Shown here piece by piece: positions 24,917 to 36,973 of a stretch of 64,000 nucleotides of DNA. Position 1 is the first letter of the stretch; each line of letters opens with the position of its first letter. A program made the translations under genes and the position numbers. Origin of the DNA: Raja brachyura (Eukaryota); NCBI GenBank assembly GCA_963514005.1, contig OY740812.1:11718001-11782000 (forward strand). The letters run 5' to 3'. The notes beneath the pieces are model-generated. The model was given only the letters and a program-made list of their open reading frames with translations, ran no database searches and was not told the DNA's origin.

Positions 24917-27165
24917 CTTTGCTTTGGCGTGTTTCAGGAGAATGGGTTAACCAAAACGTTACCCAGGTCCATACATGTTTTCATATTTTGATTACTTACG
25001 TTAAATTTGTTGGATGGACACAGACTGTATCTTAAGCATTGGTCAGTTCGATTATGCTGTTGAGGGAAATAAGCTAATACATTGTCTTGCCGGCTGTTCC
25101 ATCAAGGCATGTGTTTGGGAAGAACATCTATGGTTTTAAATACTTCCTTTAGCATTTAGATTCGCTTAGAAACATAAATTTAGTTTACATTCCAAATTTA
25201 AACAAGTTTCTAATCAACTCTTAAATATAGAAGTGTCAGGCAATGGTCATTTCCATCAAGGGGGAGTCTAACCCTCACTGAGTCCGCATCAGAACTTTAA
25301 CTGGACTAATCTCATAAATACTCTGGCGTGTGTGAGTGTGCGAGAGGTAGGGCCTCCTGCAATGAGTATCCCACCCAAAACCTTTCCACCGTCTGCAAGG
25401 CATGAGTCAAGTGTATGATGGAACATGCTCTACTTGCCTAGATAGGTGCAGCTCTAAGAACATTCAAGAAGCTTGACGCCATCCAGTTCTGCATGATTGG
25501 CACTTCATTCACCACCTTAGACATTCATTGCCCCAACCACCAGCACATAATGACAGCAGAGTATACCATCTACAAAATGCACTGCAGTTACTCACCAAGG
25601 CTGTTCCAAGAACATTATGTAATCCAATGATACCAAGAAATGTCAGCAAGCGTGGAAGCACCACCATCTGTAGGTCCCCTTACAAGTTGTATGCCACTCT
25701 GACTAGGAAATATATAGGATACAAAATCTTCATTGTCATTGACACTGGGTTGCAGTATGGTGGTTTACGACTCCACAGGACTGGGGGAACATCTTCAATA
25801 TCTCATGGTTCACCCCAAAGTTCTCAAGAGTAATCAGCGATGGTTAGTAAATGCTGTTCTGCCAGACACAGGCAGGTCCTGAAAATGAACAACAGAAATA
25901 TTTCACTGGCATGCCTGAACTGTGCAAGGAACATTGTTCATAGAAGATATCTTAATTCCTTGAGGACTGGCTGCCTTTTATGTTTTACATATGGGTATAG
26001 GAATTGCTGGACTTAAAACCCAAGGCCCAGATTGTGATCTCTGCCGTTTTGGCAATTACATTATTGCTATGTGTGTTTTGGAAAACGATCACATTAATCT
26101 ATCAATTCATCTATAAGCAGATCGATCATAGGGTGAGGCACTGTTGGACAAACTAAATGTTTGATATGAGGCATACAAATATTGATGGAGTCGCGTGACT
26201 GCAGGTTTTAAAGAATAACGTACATGGAATCGACAAAACGTATACATATGCCCTGCTATTTTTATGGCAATAGACATCGATCTGGGTGCGGTAATGTTCA
26301 CACATGATCCTGGGAAATGAATTTGTAGTTATTTCTTCCCTTCATCCTGCATTTGGGTACAGACCTCCATATTATAAATCCATCCCCCAACCCTTTGCCT
26401 CTGTGCTTGACCAAATTACACAATGAAATACATGAATTCACTCCCTTTTGATGATGCACTGTTCTTGAGTTCTAACATTCTTGAAATGTTGATGCTGCTT
26501 GTCGTGACCTACATTTCTGTTCCTTGTGGAAACCAGATAACAATCAGCTCACCTCCTAATTGGCTCTTTGACAATGACACACAATATCATTTATTCATCC
26601 ATTGTAAAATATTCCCAGTTTTTCATTGTCAATTCATGCTTTCCAGAGGAAATGTATCAAATGTCCTTGCTGAAATCCAAATACGTCATTACATATTGTT
26701 TCTTTTATCACCCTCAAAGGGATGCTGTTGATTAAATTAGCAAATCCTTCTCTTTAGAACCTATTTGGCTGTCTATTACAATTTTATTCCCATATATGCT
26801 CCAAAATCTTATATTTAAAGCTTTCTGTAAGCTTATCTATGACAGGCTTGAAACTTGTTTGTACGTGGTTGCCTAGGTCACTTTTCCTTCCTTTTATAAA
26901 TAGTAGTACGGTCTGCTTTTCATTGCTTTGCAGCTAATGAATTGCATCCGACTTTATATAATATATTTCACAGTTAGTTAAAATGCCTTGGATTCAGCTT
27001 CACAGTTTCCAAGATTAATTGTGAAGCAGTACCGCATGCATGCACTTTGGCAATAATGTGTATAGCATTATAATTTACCTCTGCAAGCCTTCTAATTTCC
27101 GTTCCAGATCAAATTAGCTACCTGATTGCTGGGGATAGAGGTGAGAAACTTAAACACATTGTAAG

Positions 27166-27492
27166 GGCGGCACAGTGGTACAGCAGGTAGAGCTGTTGCC
27201 TCACAGCATCAGAGACCTGGGTTCGATCCTGACCTCGTCTGTGTGGAGTTTACACGTTCTCCTTATGACCGCACGGGTTTCCTCCGGATGCTCCAGTTTC
27301 CTCCCATATCCCAAATATGAGCAGTTTTGTTGATTCATTGGCCTCTGTAATTTGACCCTAGTGTGTATATAGTAAGTGGATGTGCACATGGAAGAACATA
27401 GATCTTATGTGAACGGATGATGAATGGTTGGCCTGGACTCAGTGGGCTGAAGGCCCTTTTCCATGCTTTCACTAAACTAAACTGAACTAAAA
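27166..27492 (+). mobile_element. tRNA-derived SINE
   Basis: GGGCGGCACAGTGG head, GGTTCGATCC B box, (CTAAA)n tail. Confidence 0.85.
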
Positions 27493-27718
27493 GTTTGACC
27501 ACTAAAACAGAAACACTCAGCAGGTCAGCTTCATCTGTGGAAAGAGAAACAGAGAGTCACAAAATCTTCAACGTGAAAATTTAACTCTATTTCTTCTTCT
27601 GCAGATACTGTCTGATTTGCTGAGTGTTTCCAAAACATTCTAGTTTTGTTTCAGATTTCGAGAATCTGCGTTTTTTATGTTCACTCGGTTCCAGGAATTT
27701 GCTTGAGCTGTTTCACTG

Positions 27719-28170
27719 GCCTATGAGCGTAAGAAGCTGCGCTACGCAGAGCTTGCAGCAGAGGCAACGCAGCGTGGCTGGAACATCAAAGTCTATCCAG
27801 TTGAAGTGGGATGCAGACGATTTGTTGCGTCATCTACCATCAGACTGCTGAAGGAGCTTGGAATCCACGGTCAGGCTCTGCGGAAGACCATAAGATCACT
27901 CTCAGACGCGGCTGAAAGAAGCAGCCGTTGGATTTGGCTCAAGCGGAAAGACCCATGCTGGGCCCCAAGTACGTCATGGTGAATCTTTGGGACAGTTTGA
28001 CACGGGACACGCGCTGAGGGCTGATCATCCTGCAGCGGGCCGCCCTTGTGGAGAGTGTATAGTGTTAAAAGGCCGAAACACCCAATGATGCAAGGGTACA
28101 CTACTGATGATGTGTCCTGTGCCCAACTGTCCTGAAGGTTACCCAGGCCAAGATATACGTATACATATCC
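27719..28170 (+). mobile_element. HERO-clade (restriction-like endonuclease) non-LTR retrotransposon, 3' fragment
   Basis: Open frame 27719-27982, missed by the ORF track: AYERKKLRYAELAAEATQRGWNIKVYPVEVGCRRFVASSTIRLLKELGIHGQALRKTIRSLSDAAERSSRWIWLKRKD. ERK..KY...PVEVGCRGF and the terminal W.WLKR are HERO RLE C-terminal motifs. Confidence 0.8.
28005..28117 (+). ncRNA. Candidate non-circularly permuted hammerhead ribozyme
   Basis: Core CUGAUGA (28104-28110), GAAA (28075-28078) and GUA triplet (28057-28059), with stems I, II and III formable by Watson-Crick pairing in permuted order (see findings). Confidence 0.65.
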
Positions 28171-31064
28171 CTCCCCGATGTTGAGCGTCTATCACTCTCA
28201 ACAATCAATGAATGTCGTGAAATGCTCCCCACCTACTGGCACAAGGGACTTCTTAACACCTTGTCCTGTGTATTTGATACTGGCATCAAATGATGCTAGC
28301 AATCTAACATCATGGTGTTTCGATTAGGTTTAACAAAAACTGTAATTTGCTACCAGAGTTCAACACAGAATATGAGCATACTAATTGGGAGCAGGAATAG
28401 GCCACTCGGCCCCACAAACTTTCTCACTGTGTAATAAGATCGTGGCTAATTTGACTGCTACTCAACTTGCCAATCCTACCTTCCCACAGTAACCTTCCGT
28501 CTCCTTGATTATCATGAATGGATCTTTCACTGCTTTAAAATTAAGCAGCCACATAAAGCTACTCTTATGCAGGAGTAGTGGGCATTATGGATTGGACTTC
28601 TCACGTTAGTAACTCAGTTTCTCTTACCTCTAACCTCAGGAAGCAGCCCTTAAAGTAATAACTGCTGATCACAATAATGGGCGGAGGGTCTCCCAGGGGG
28701 CTAAGGGATCTGCAACAGGTTTCTAACGAACATTGTTCGTGAGAGACAGCCTCCTTGTGCAAAGAATACTTATGGTTGGAAGATACCAGTGATATTTACA
28801 GAAGAGAATCAGTGGTGTCTATGATTGCCTGTAGATTTGGGAACCTTCCAGTCCATCCAAACGTGCCTTCCGTGTGAATGCAAGTCATAAACCTCATGTA
28901 GCAATCTGACCCAAATGCCTGCTTTGCACCTAGTCATCCTTCCTCTGGAAATCTTGTCTCAGGCTGCCTCCACTGACATATCTCCCATTTTACATGTTGC
29001 TCCTCAAAGCTAGGTGGGTCTACATGCAACGATCATGATATAATCATCTTTAACATTGCAGAAGTCAAGAAATGCAAAAGGGGGCATGGAGGAAGTGAAG
29101 GGGGACCTCCCATTATTGAAAATTACAACTTTCCACGAGTGCCTCACCTTTTGTTAAAAGTCTTTCTCCCGTTTTTTTAACTTATTTCTGATCTGATGGA
29201 CAGAGAATACCTTCCTTTTTTATATGATGCCCTCTGGCATTTCTGGCTATTTGGTTTGGAGGGTTATCCCACTGAATCCTTCTAGATGGGGTAGAACCCC
29301 AGTTTGGCCAGTCTCCTTGAAGTTTATGGAAAAGGGGTGCCTGTCCCTAACAATAATGTTCAAATTTATTCTTCATGCCTTCAACATAATTAAAAGCTAT
29401 CTAATAAAACACCAGTCACAATTCAGTCCAATGCAAATGTGAATGATTTTTTGGTTGTTACAATGGTATTGTTGGCACTTGGGACAGTTATATGTCAATA
29501 AAACAGTGCATTACTCCAGCAAAAATCCATTCTTCTTAATGAATGCTGCCAACACTAAGAAATACGTGCAAAATTGTAAATGCTGCATTCAGGCAATTTT
29601 CATCTGCATAAGCCACATTTTTTGGCGTTATGCCATATTACCTCTACTCCTCACTTAATACAACAACTGTTCCCAATAATCCATATTTTCTCATCTATGT
29701 TCTGTTGATGTTTACCATTTGATCACTTGCTTACTTTCATTGTATTGTTTTCGAAACTGAATCCATATTATTTTCCTTCATATTCATAAATACCCTATTT
29801 TATGTGTTGGTCAATAGTCAATTTAGTTGGGTTTACGCTTGGCACCTTTGCTTTGTTACATAGTTCTTGTCTGACTTTATCCACATTCAAGCACTCCGTG
29901 CCCACTCTGATAAGAAATTTCAAGAACACAGAATTGCTCCACTTAATATTTGGCAATACTTTATTGGTTTATATAATCTAACAATCCCTTATAATTTTAA
30001 ATATGATCATATTATGTTCATGTATTTATAGCCTCACCCAATTTTGTTTTGGAGACTTGATCATATTAAAATGTTTTCTCGATGTTCTCATTCTACAGAT
30101 GCTCCCTAGCCTGCTGATTATTCCCTACACTGTTTTTTTATCCAAGGTATTTGCTTGAGAACAAACCATTCTAATGGTAGTATACCAATGGGGAAATCAG
30201 ATTCTGAGCATCAAGCTACTAGCTTCTTAATCCCTGGAAGTGTTGTTACATCCTTGTTACGGGGAGCAAGCAGGTTGTTGCTTGGGATGGTGATTCCTAT
30301 TGGTTCACCACTGATATATTAACGTTTACCTAAGGCATAGATTACTTTATAATTCCACCTAGAACTACAGGAACCTATTCTAATTTGCTAAGTATTGAAA
30401 CTTCCCCTCTCCAATTGAGTTAATGTATCTAACTATTCAGTGGGCAGACACTAAAAGTTGGAGTAAATCAGCATCTCTGGAGAAAAGGAAGAGGTGACAT
30501 TTTGGGTCGAGACCTTTCTTCAGTCTCAACCCGAAACAACACCTGTTTGTTTTCTCCAGAGATGCTGTCTGACCCGCTGAGTTGGTCCAGCTTTTTATGC
30601 CTATCTTCAGATTTAAATCAGCATCTGCAGTTCCTTCTTAAGCTAAATATTCAGTGGATCTCATTGAAATTGTATTTTCCTTACTTTTCTGGTGTTAAAG
30701 TACTCTTTGAGTTTCTCCAGCATTTTTGTCTACCTTTTGTTAAATCACTTTCTTTTGACAATTGATCATTTCCTGTTTTCTAATGAACCTCTTTGTAGTT
30801 CATTATTTGTTTTTCATTTGTTTTATCAGATACATAGCATTGGTACTATTTTGACACAGTAGGATTTTAAGATAATCAAAGATGGTATCTAGGCCTTTTG
30901 TTAAAAATGCAAGAGCAGAAAGCGGTGTGAGCATATATGGGTCACTGGGGATGAAGCCTTCCCAACACCAATACATCCAAGTCTAAATTCAGAAACCTTT
31001 TATACCTTTGAACAGCTAGAGCTAGAAAAATGGCCTGAAGTGAATACTTTACAATATGATACAG

Positions 31065-31820
31065 AAGAACTTTATTTATCCCAGGAGGGAAATTGATCTG
31101 CCAACAGTCATAGAAACACAAAATACATGAAACATTACACTAAAGTGACGAGTGGAAAGGATTGGGGACGTGCAAAGATTGGTGAGGGAGGGGGGAGTCA
31201 GTCTTAGTCACAGTCTACCCCACCCCATGACAGAAGGGGGAGGAGTTTTACAGTTTGATAGCCACATGGAAAAAGGATCTCCTGTGATGTTCTGTCCTGC
31301 ATCTTGATGGAACCAGTCTGTTGCTGAAGGTACTCCTCAGGTTGACCAGTGCGTCATGGAGGGGGTGAGCTGTATTGTCCAGGATGCTCTGCAGTTTGAG
31401 GAGCATCCTCCCCTCCGAGACCACCTCCCATGAATCCAACTCTGCCCCCAGGACAGAGCCAGCCTTCCTGATGAGTTTGTTAATTCTATTGCCGTCAGCG
31501 GCCTTCACCCTGCTGCCCTAGCACACAGCAACTAAGATGATGGCACTGCCTACCACCAATTGGTAGAACATCTGCAGCATCCTACTGCAGACGTTGAAGG
31601 AGCGGAGCCGTCTCACAAAGTACAGCTGGCTCTGTCCCTTCTTGTACAGGACCTCAGTGTTCCTGGACCAGTCCAGTTTCCTGTCCAGGTACACTCCAAG
31701 GTATTGTACTTCCTGGTAAACTGCACATCCACATCATTGATGGAGACAGGGGTCAGGGGTGTTCCTCTCCTCCGAAAGTACACAGTTAACTCCTTAGTCG
31801 TGTCGGTGTTGAGCTGCAGG
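31065..31820 (-). mobile_element. Rex1/Babar-like LINE 3' fragment
   Basis: ORF 31248-31508 (NRINKLIRKAGSVLG...ILDNTAHPLH...RRSFF..AIKL) and upstream KYLGVHLD motif. Confidence 0.8.
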
Positions 31821-31824
31821 TGAT

Positions 31825-32400
31825 TCTGGCTAAAACAGCTGAAAAAGAGGGGAGATAGGACAAAGCCTGGCAGGTGATGGTCGATACAGTTGATTGTTTT
31901 TTAGGGTAGACAAAAGCCAGTGGTGAAAATTGAAAAGGTATGAGATAAGGATAGAAGTAGTGGCAATTGTGAAGCCAGAGCAAGGAATGTGAGTGGAAGG
32001 GAAGGGGGATGGGCAAATTGGTGCGTGTCCAGGTGGGGCAGAGGGAAGAAAGGGGCGGGAAACGAGGGTGTTTGAGGTTAGTTACCTAAAATTGGGGAAT
32101 TCAATGTTCACACCATTGGGTTGTAAGTTAACCAAGTGTAAGATGAAGTGCTGTTCTTCCAGTTTGCATGTGGCCTCACTCTGGCAATGGAGGAGATCCA
32201 GGACAAAAAGAGCAGTATGGGAATTGTAAGAGGAGTTAACAATCAGGAGATCAGCATATCAGCAAAACGGTATCCTTGGTCTCACCGATGTAAAGGAGGC
32301 CACATTGGGAACACAGGACGCAGTAGATAAGGTTAGAAGGAGTGCACTTGGACCTCTGCCTCACTTAGAAGGATTGATGGGTCCCTGGATGGATACAAGG
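31825..32400 (-). mobile_element. Penelope-like 3' fragment
   Basis: Reverse-complement homology to 12667-13110 (EEQHFILHLG.LQPNG.NIEF-type end). Confidence 0.65.
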
Positions 32401-32428
32401 ACTCCATGCCATCTAACCCGATGAGTTA

Positions 32429-33018
32429 CAGTGCCCTCCATAATGTTTGGGACAAAGACCCATCATTTATTTGCCTCTGTAATCCACAATTTGAGATTTG
32501 TAATAGAAAAAAAATCACATGTGGTTAAAGTGCACATTGTCAGATTTTAATAAAGGCCATTTTTATACATTTTGGTTTCACTATGTAGAAATTACAGCTG
32601 TATTTACACATAGTCCCCCCCCATTTCAGGGCATCATAATGTTTGGGACTCAGCAATGTCATGTAAATGAAAGTAGTCATGTTTAGTATTTTGTGGCATG
32701 CAATGACTGCTTGAAGTCTGCGAGTCAAGGACATCACCTGTTGCTGGATGTCTTCTCTGGTGATGCTCAGCCAGGCCTGTATTCCAACCATCTTTAGCTT
32801 ATGCTTGATTTTGGGGGATAGCCCCTTTCAGTTTTCTCTTCAGCATACAGTATAAAAAGCATGCTCATTTGGGATCAGATTGGGTGATTGACTTGGCCAC
32901 TCAAGAATTTACCATTTTTTAGCTTTGAAAAACTCCTTTGTTGCTTTAGCAGTATGTTTGGGATAACTGTCTTGCTGTAGAATTAACCGCCTGCCAATGA
33001 GTTTTGAGGCATTTGTTT
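32429..33018 (-). mobile_element. Truncated Tc1 copy (one end, same family as 40845-43253)
   Basis: TA|CAGTGCCCTCCATAATGTTTGGGAC terminus; colinear with 40845-41430. Confidence 0.85.
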
Positions 33019-33271
33019 CAAATGCCTTTCTAAAATCCATGTAAACAACATCTGCCATCCTACCCTCATCAATCACCTTTGACACTTCAAAAAAAAACCA
33101 ATCAAGTTAGTAATATGCCACACACAAAGTCATGCTGACTATCCCTAATTAGCCCATTCTCTTCCAAATGGGAGTACATTTCATACAGAAGAATCCTCTT
33201 CAATAACTTCATTTCCATTGACAAGGATCACCAGCCTTTAATTCCCTGTTGAATGTCTACTTCCCTCCTTA

Positions 33272-33637
33272 AGCCACTGTCCCACTGCACAAGGTAATTC
33301 ACGAGTTCTCCCGAGTTTTCCCATGATTTGAACTCGGAGAATGTCCGTAGCGGGTCCGTAGGAGTTCGTGGATGTCTCATAGTGGCTCGTAATGCTAACG
33401 GTAGGTACTCGGGACATCCGGTACTCGTGATGTTTTTTCAACCCTATAAAAAATGTCCACGAGTAAAAAAATACTCGTGATGAATAAATTGTTACTTTTT
33501 ACTCGCAGTTAGACCATTATGAGCCGCTACGAGACATCCACGAACTCCTACGGACCCGCTACGGACATTCTCCGAGTTCGAATCAGGGGAACACTCGGGA
33601 GAACTCGTGAATTACCTCGTGCAGTGGGACAGCAGCT
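33272..33637. mobile_element. Palindromic Harbinger-like MITE
   Basis: ~125-bp near-perfect inverted arms (AGCCACTGTCCCACTGCAC... / ...GTGCAGTGGGACAGCAGCT); TTA on both flanks. Confidence 0.85.
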
Positions 33638-36271
33638 TTAAGCAAAGGAACATTGGATAATCTCCAGTTCTCCAGCACCTTGCCTGTGCCTGGTGAAGGT
33701 GCAAACATTTTCATTAAGGCTCCTGAATCTCCTCTCTTGCCTCTCTCAACAACCTGTGATAAATCCCATCAGGCCGTGGGGATTTATTCACCTTAATGTC
33801 CTTTACAAACCCAAACTCCCCAGGCATATCAATATTCTCCAAGCTGATCTCACCATCTTCCATATCCTAGTCCTTGTAAAATACAGATGCAAAGTACTCA
33901 TTTAGGACCTCATCTACTGATGTACGTCAGCACGATGTGCCTTTTAATTCAGGTGAAATATGTTCAGACCAAGAAAGGAAATTATTGGTGCTGTCCTTCC
34001 TGTCATAGCTGTTGCTACAGGTAGGATTATAATTGGTGATTTTGGTCTCCCATGTTATGATGGCAGTGTAGTTGTTAGGAGAATGTTTGCTTGGTACAAG
34101 ATTACACCTGGTATGAAAGTGAAGGTAAGGCAGCTGTTAGAGCTTAAACAGTCAGTGTGGGTGTTGTGAACATATATGGAACAGAAATAGTTTCATAATA
34201 CTTTCAAACTCATCAAGTCCGCACTGCAATGTTAATGTAATTTAACTATAGTCAGTAATATAAACACAGAACCGCCAAGAAATTTTATGCAACACCAACT
34301 TAACCTGTTTTAACATTAATGTGGATCAGATATACTTCGTTTCAAAACATGCACAGTGGTTAATTAGTCTATGAAATTCAATATGCATAGTTTTAAATAA
34401 ATATTAGCCATTAGCATTATCCTACAAACATCAGATCTTAGATAGGCACAAAATACTGGAATAACTCAGCAGGGATGCTGTCTGACCCCGCTGAGTTACT
34501 CCAACAATTTATGTCTATTTTTGGTATTAAACAGCAGCTGCAGTTCCTTTTTATTAGTCAATCGGGTCTTGCTTGTAGTAGATGAGATACTGATATTAAT
34601 TCAGACATTCGTCTGAGTCTCCATTTTCGATTCAGAGGTTTACATAACATTTACATTTACATTTACATGACAGTTCCATGGGACAGATCTGGCTGACACC
34701 TGCAGTGACCTTGTGTCTGCATTTAACTGCTCCAGAGATGGAGCGCCTTTTTGCTGGTTTGATTTGTCCAGACTCCAGCAGTGCATCCTAAATAAGGGCA
34801 AGAATGTACTAAAGAAACCTTTTTCCAATTATGAGTTTTCAAATACTCATAAAATGTGTTAAATTTAAGTAATTTTTTTTGGTAAATGATCACTCACTAA
34901 ATTTGCAATTTCTGCATTTGACGACACTTGTGCAGAAATCCTGGACTGGCTTCCATCTCACTAATCAATTGCTCTTGATTTGGAATTGATTGGCTTTTAC
35001 CAGCAAAACGTTGGCTTTTATCTCATCTTTATGGAATGTACTATCAATATTGTACTACTCGTTTTTAAATCAATGTATTCATAGATGTGTATGCCAACAC
35101 GTCCATGCAAGATTTTTATTTAAGAGATTCTGCTAGAAGATATTGTTAAATTTTCCATTGCTCTGTGTGTAAGTATATTATTTATCATTTTCTCCACTTA
35201 CTTAAGTGTTTTTTTCTGTCACAACCTACAAATATCATTGAATAATCTGATCTGATATTCCCGTAATAGTATCGGGAGAGTAGTGAACTGTTGGAAATAT
35301 TGTTTTTTTGCAGAGGCATTAAATCAAGTCCTTTTCAGATGAATATACAGAACCGAGAGCACTATAGTTAAGATAAGCAGAGAAAAGTTTTTTTTTTCTC
35401 CAATGTCCTGACCAAAATGTACACTTTAGCCAATGTCATTGAATAAAAAAAAATTAGACTATTTGACCATGAGCTTTTGGCAGTTCATGGGCCCTGATTA
35501 TCCAAATATTAAAACGTTAATCCTTCTTTCAAAAAATAACCTATTTACTCAGTAGTGGTAAAGCATTAGAGTAGGTTTGGGGTAAATCATTTGGGATGCG
35601 TTAAGGTCTTGACAGATGTCACATTAAAGCATACCTTTCTGGGAGATTTGGGGAGGAATATCACTATTATTTTTCTCCATATGGGTGGATTAGAATTATC
35701 TCTGTGTGACAAGAGTTGAGTAGAAGAATAATGTTTATAGTTCTTTTGTGAGGTTGAGTGTTTTGTGTATAGAATGTTTCAAGAATGGTTGCCCTGCAGC
35801 TTAAGAAGAGTTGAGGCACTCAGATGGCTGTGACTACTAGACAGTTCAAAAAAGAATTGGAAAATTCTACAGGTAACTCTGATCTTACGTTGTAACTAAT
35901 ATCCAGTTCTCACTACTGATGGAGGGGTGGGGGGGCTGGATTTGAAGGGAAGGGGGAGGTTCCCCTGAGAGATATATCCAGAGGACTTGTTTTATACTGG
36001 TACAAATGGATAAAAGTGTGAGATCTAGCAGAGATATTTTAAGGAGTGAGGAAAGAGATTAAGGAACAGACCTCAGGATAACTCCCTAGGCATGTACTAG
36101 GAACTATAGAAATATGAGAACAGCACAGACAATTTCGTGGCTTGATAACTAGGACAGAGAGGAGAACTTAAGATTCCTCGTGCATTCGGAATGGTTTGCA
36201 AAGAAGTGGGATCATTTGGGCTAAGCTATGTGCACTTCACCAGAGCTGGAAGCAGTATCTCTTGAGGACTT

Positions 36272-36973
36272 GTCCTTGTACATCAGTCTATGAAAGTAAG
36301 CATGCAGGTACAGCAGGCAGTGAAGAAAGCCTTTATACAAGAGGAATCCAATATAGGAGCAAAGAGGTCCTTCTGCAGTTGTACAGAGCCCTAGTGAGAC
36401 CACACCTGGAGTATTGTGTGCAGTTTTGGTCCCTTAATTTGAGGAAAGACATTCTTGCTAGTGAGGGAGTGCAGTGTAGTTAATTCCCGGGATGGCGGGT
36501 TAATTCCCGGGATGGCGGGACTGTCATATGCTGAGAGAATGGAGCAGCTGGGCTTGTACACTCTGGAGTTTAGAAGGATGAGAGGGGATCACATTGAAAC
36601 ATATAAGATCGTTAAGGGTTTGAACACGCTAGAGGCAGGAAACATGTTCCCGGTGTTGGGGGAGTCCAGAACCAGGGGCCACAGTTTAAGAATAAAGAGT
36701 AAGCTATTTAGAACGGAGATGAGGACTCACAGAGAGTGGTGAGTCTGTGGAATTCTCGGCCTCAGAGGGTGGTGGAGGCAGGTTCTCTGGATGCTTTCAA
36801 GAGAGAGCTAGATAGGGCTCTTAAAAATAGCGGAGTCAGGGGATTTGGGGATATGGGGAGAAGGCAGGAACGGGGTACTGTTTGGGGATGATCAGCCATG
36901 ATCACATAGAATGGCAGTGCTGGCTCAAAGGGCCAAATGGCCTACTCTTGCACCTATTGTCTATTGCCTATTG
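36272..36973 (+). mobile_element. CR1 3' fragment
   Basis: [30 protein letters not shown]; CR1 3' UTR and (CTATTGT) tail; internal tandem duplication of TTAATTCCCGGGATGGCGGG. Confidence 0.9.
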
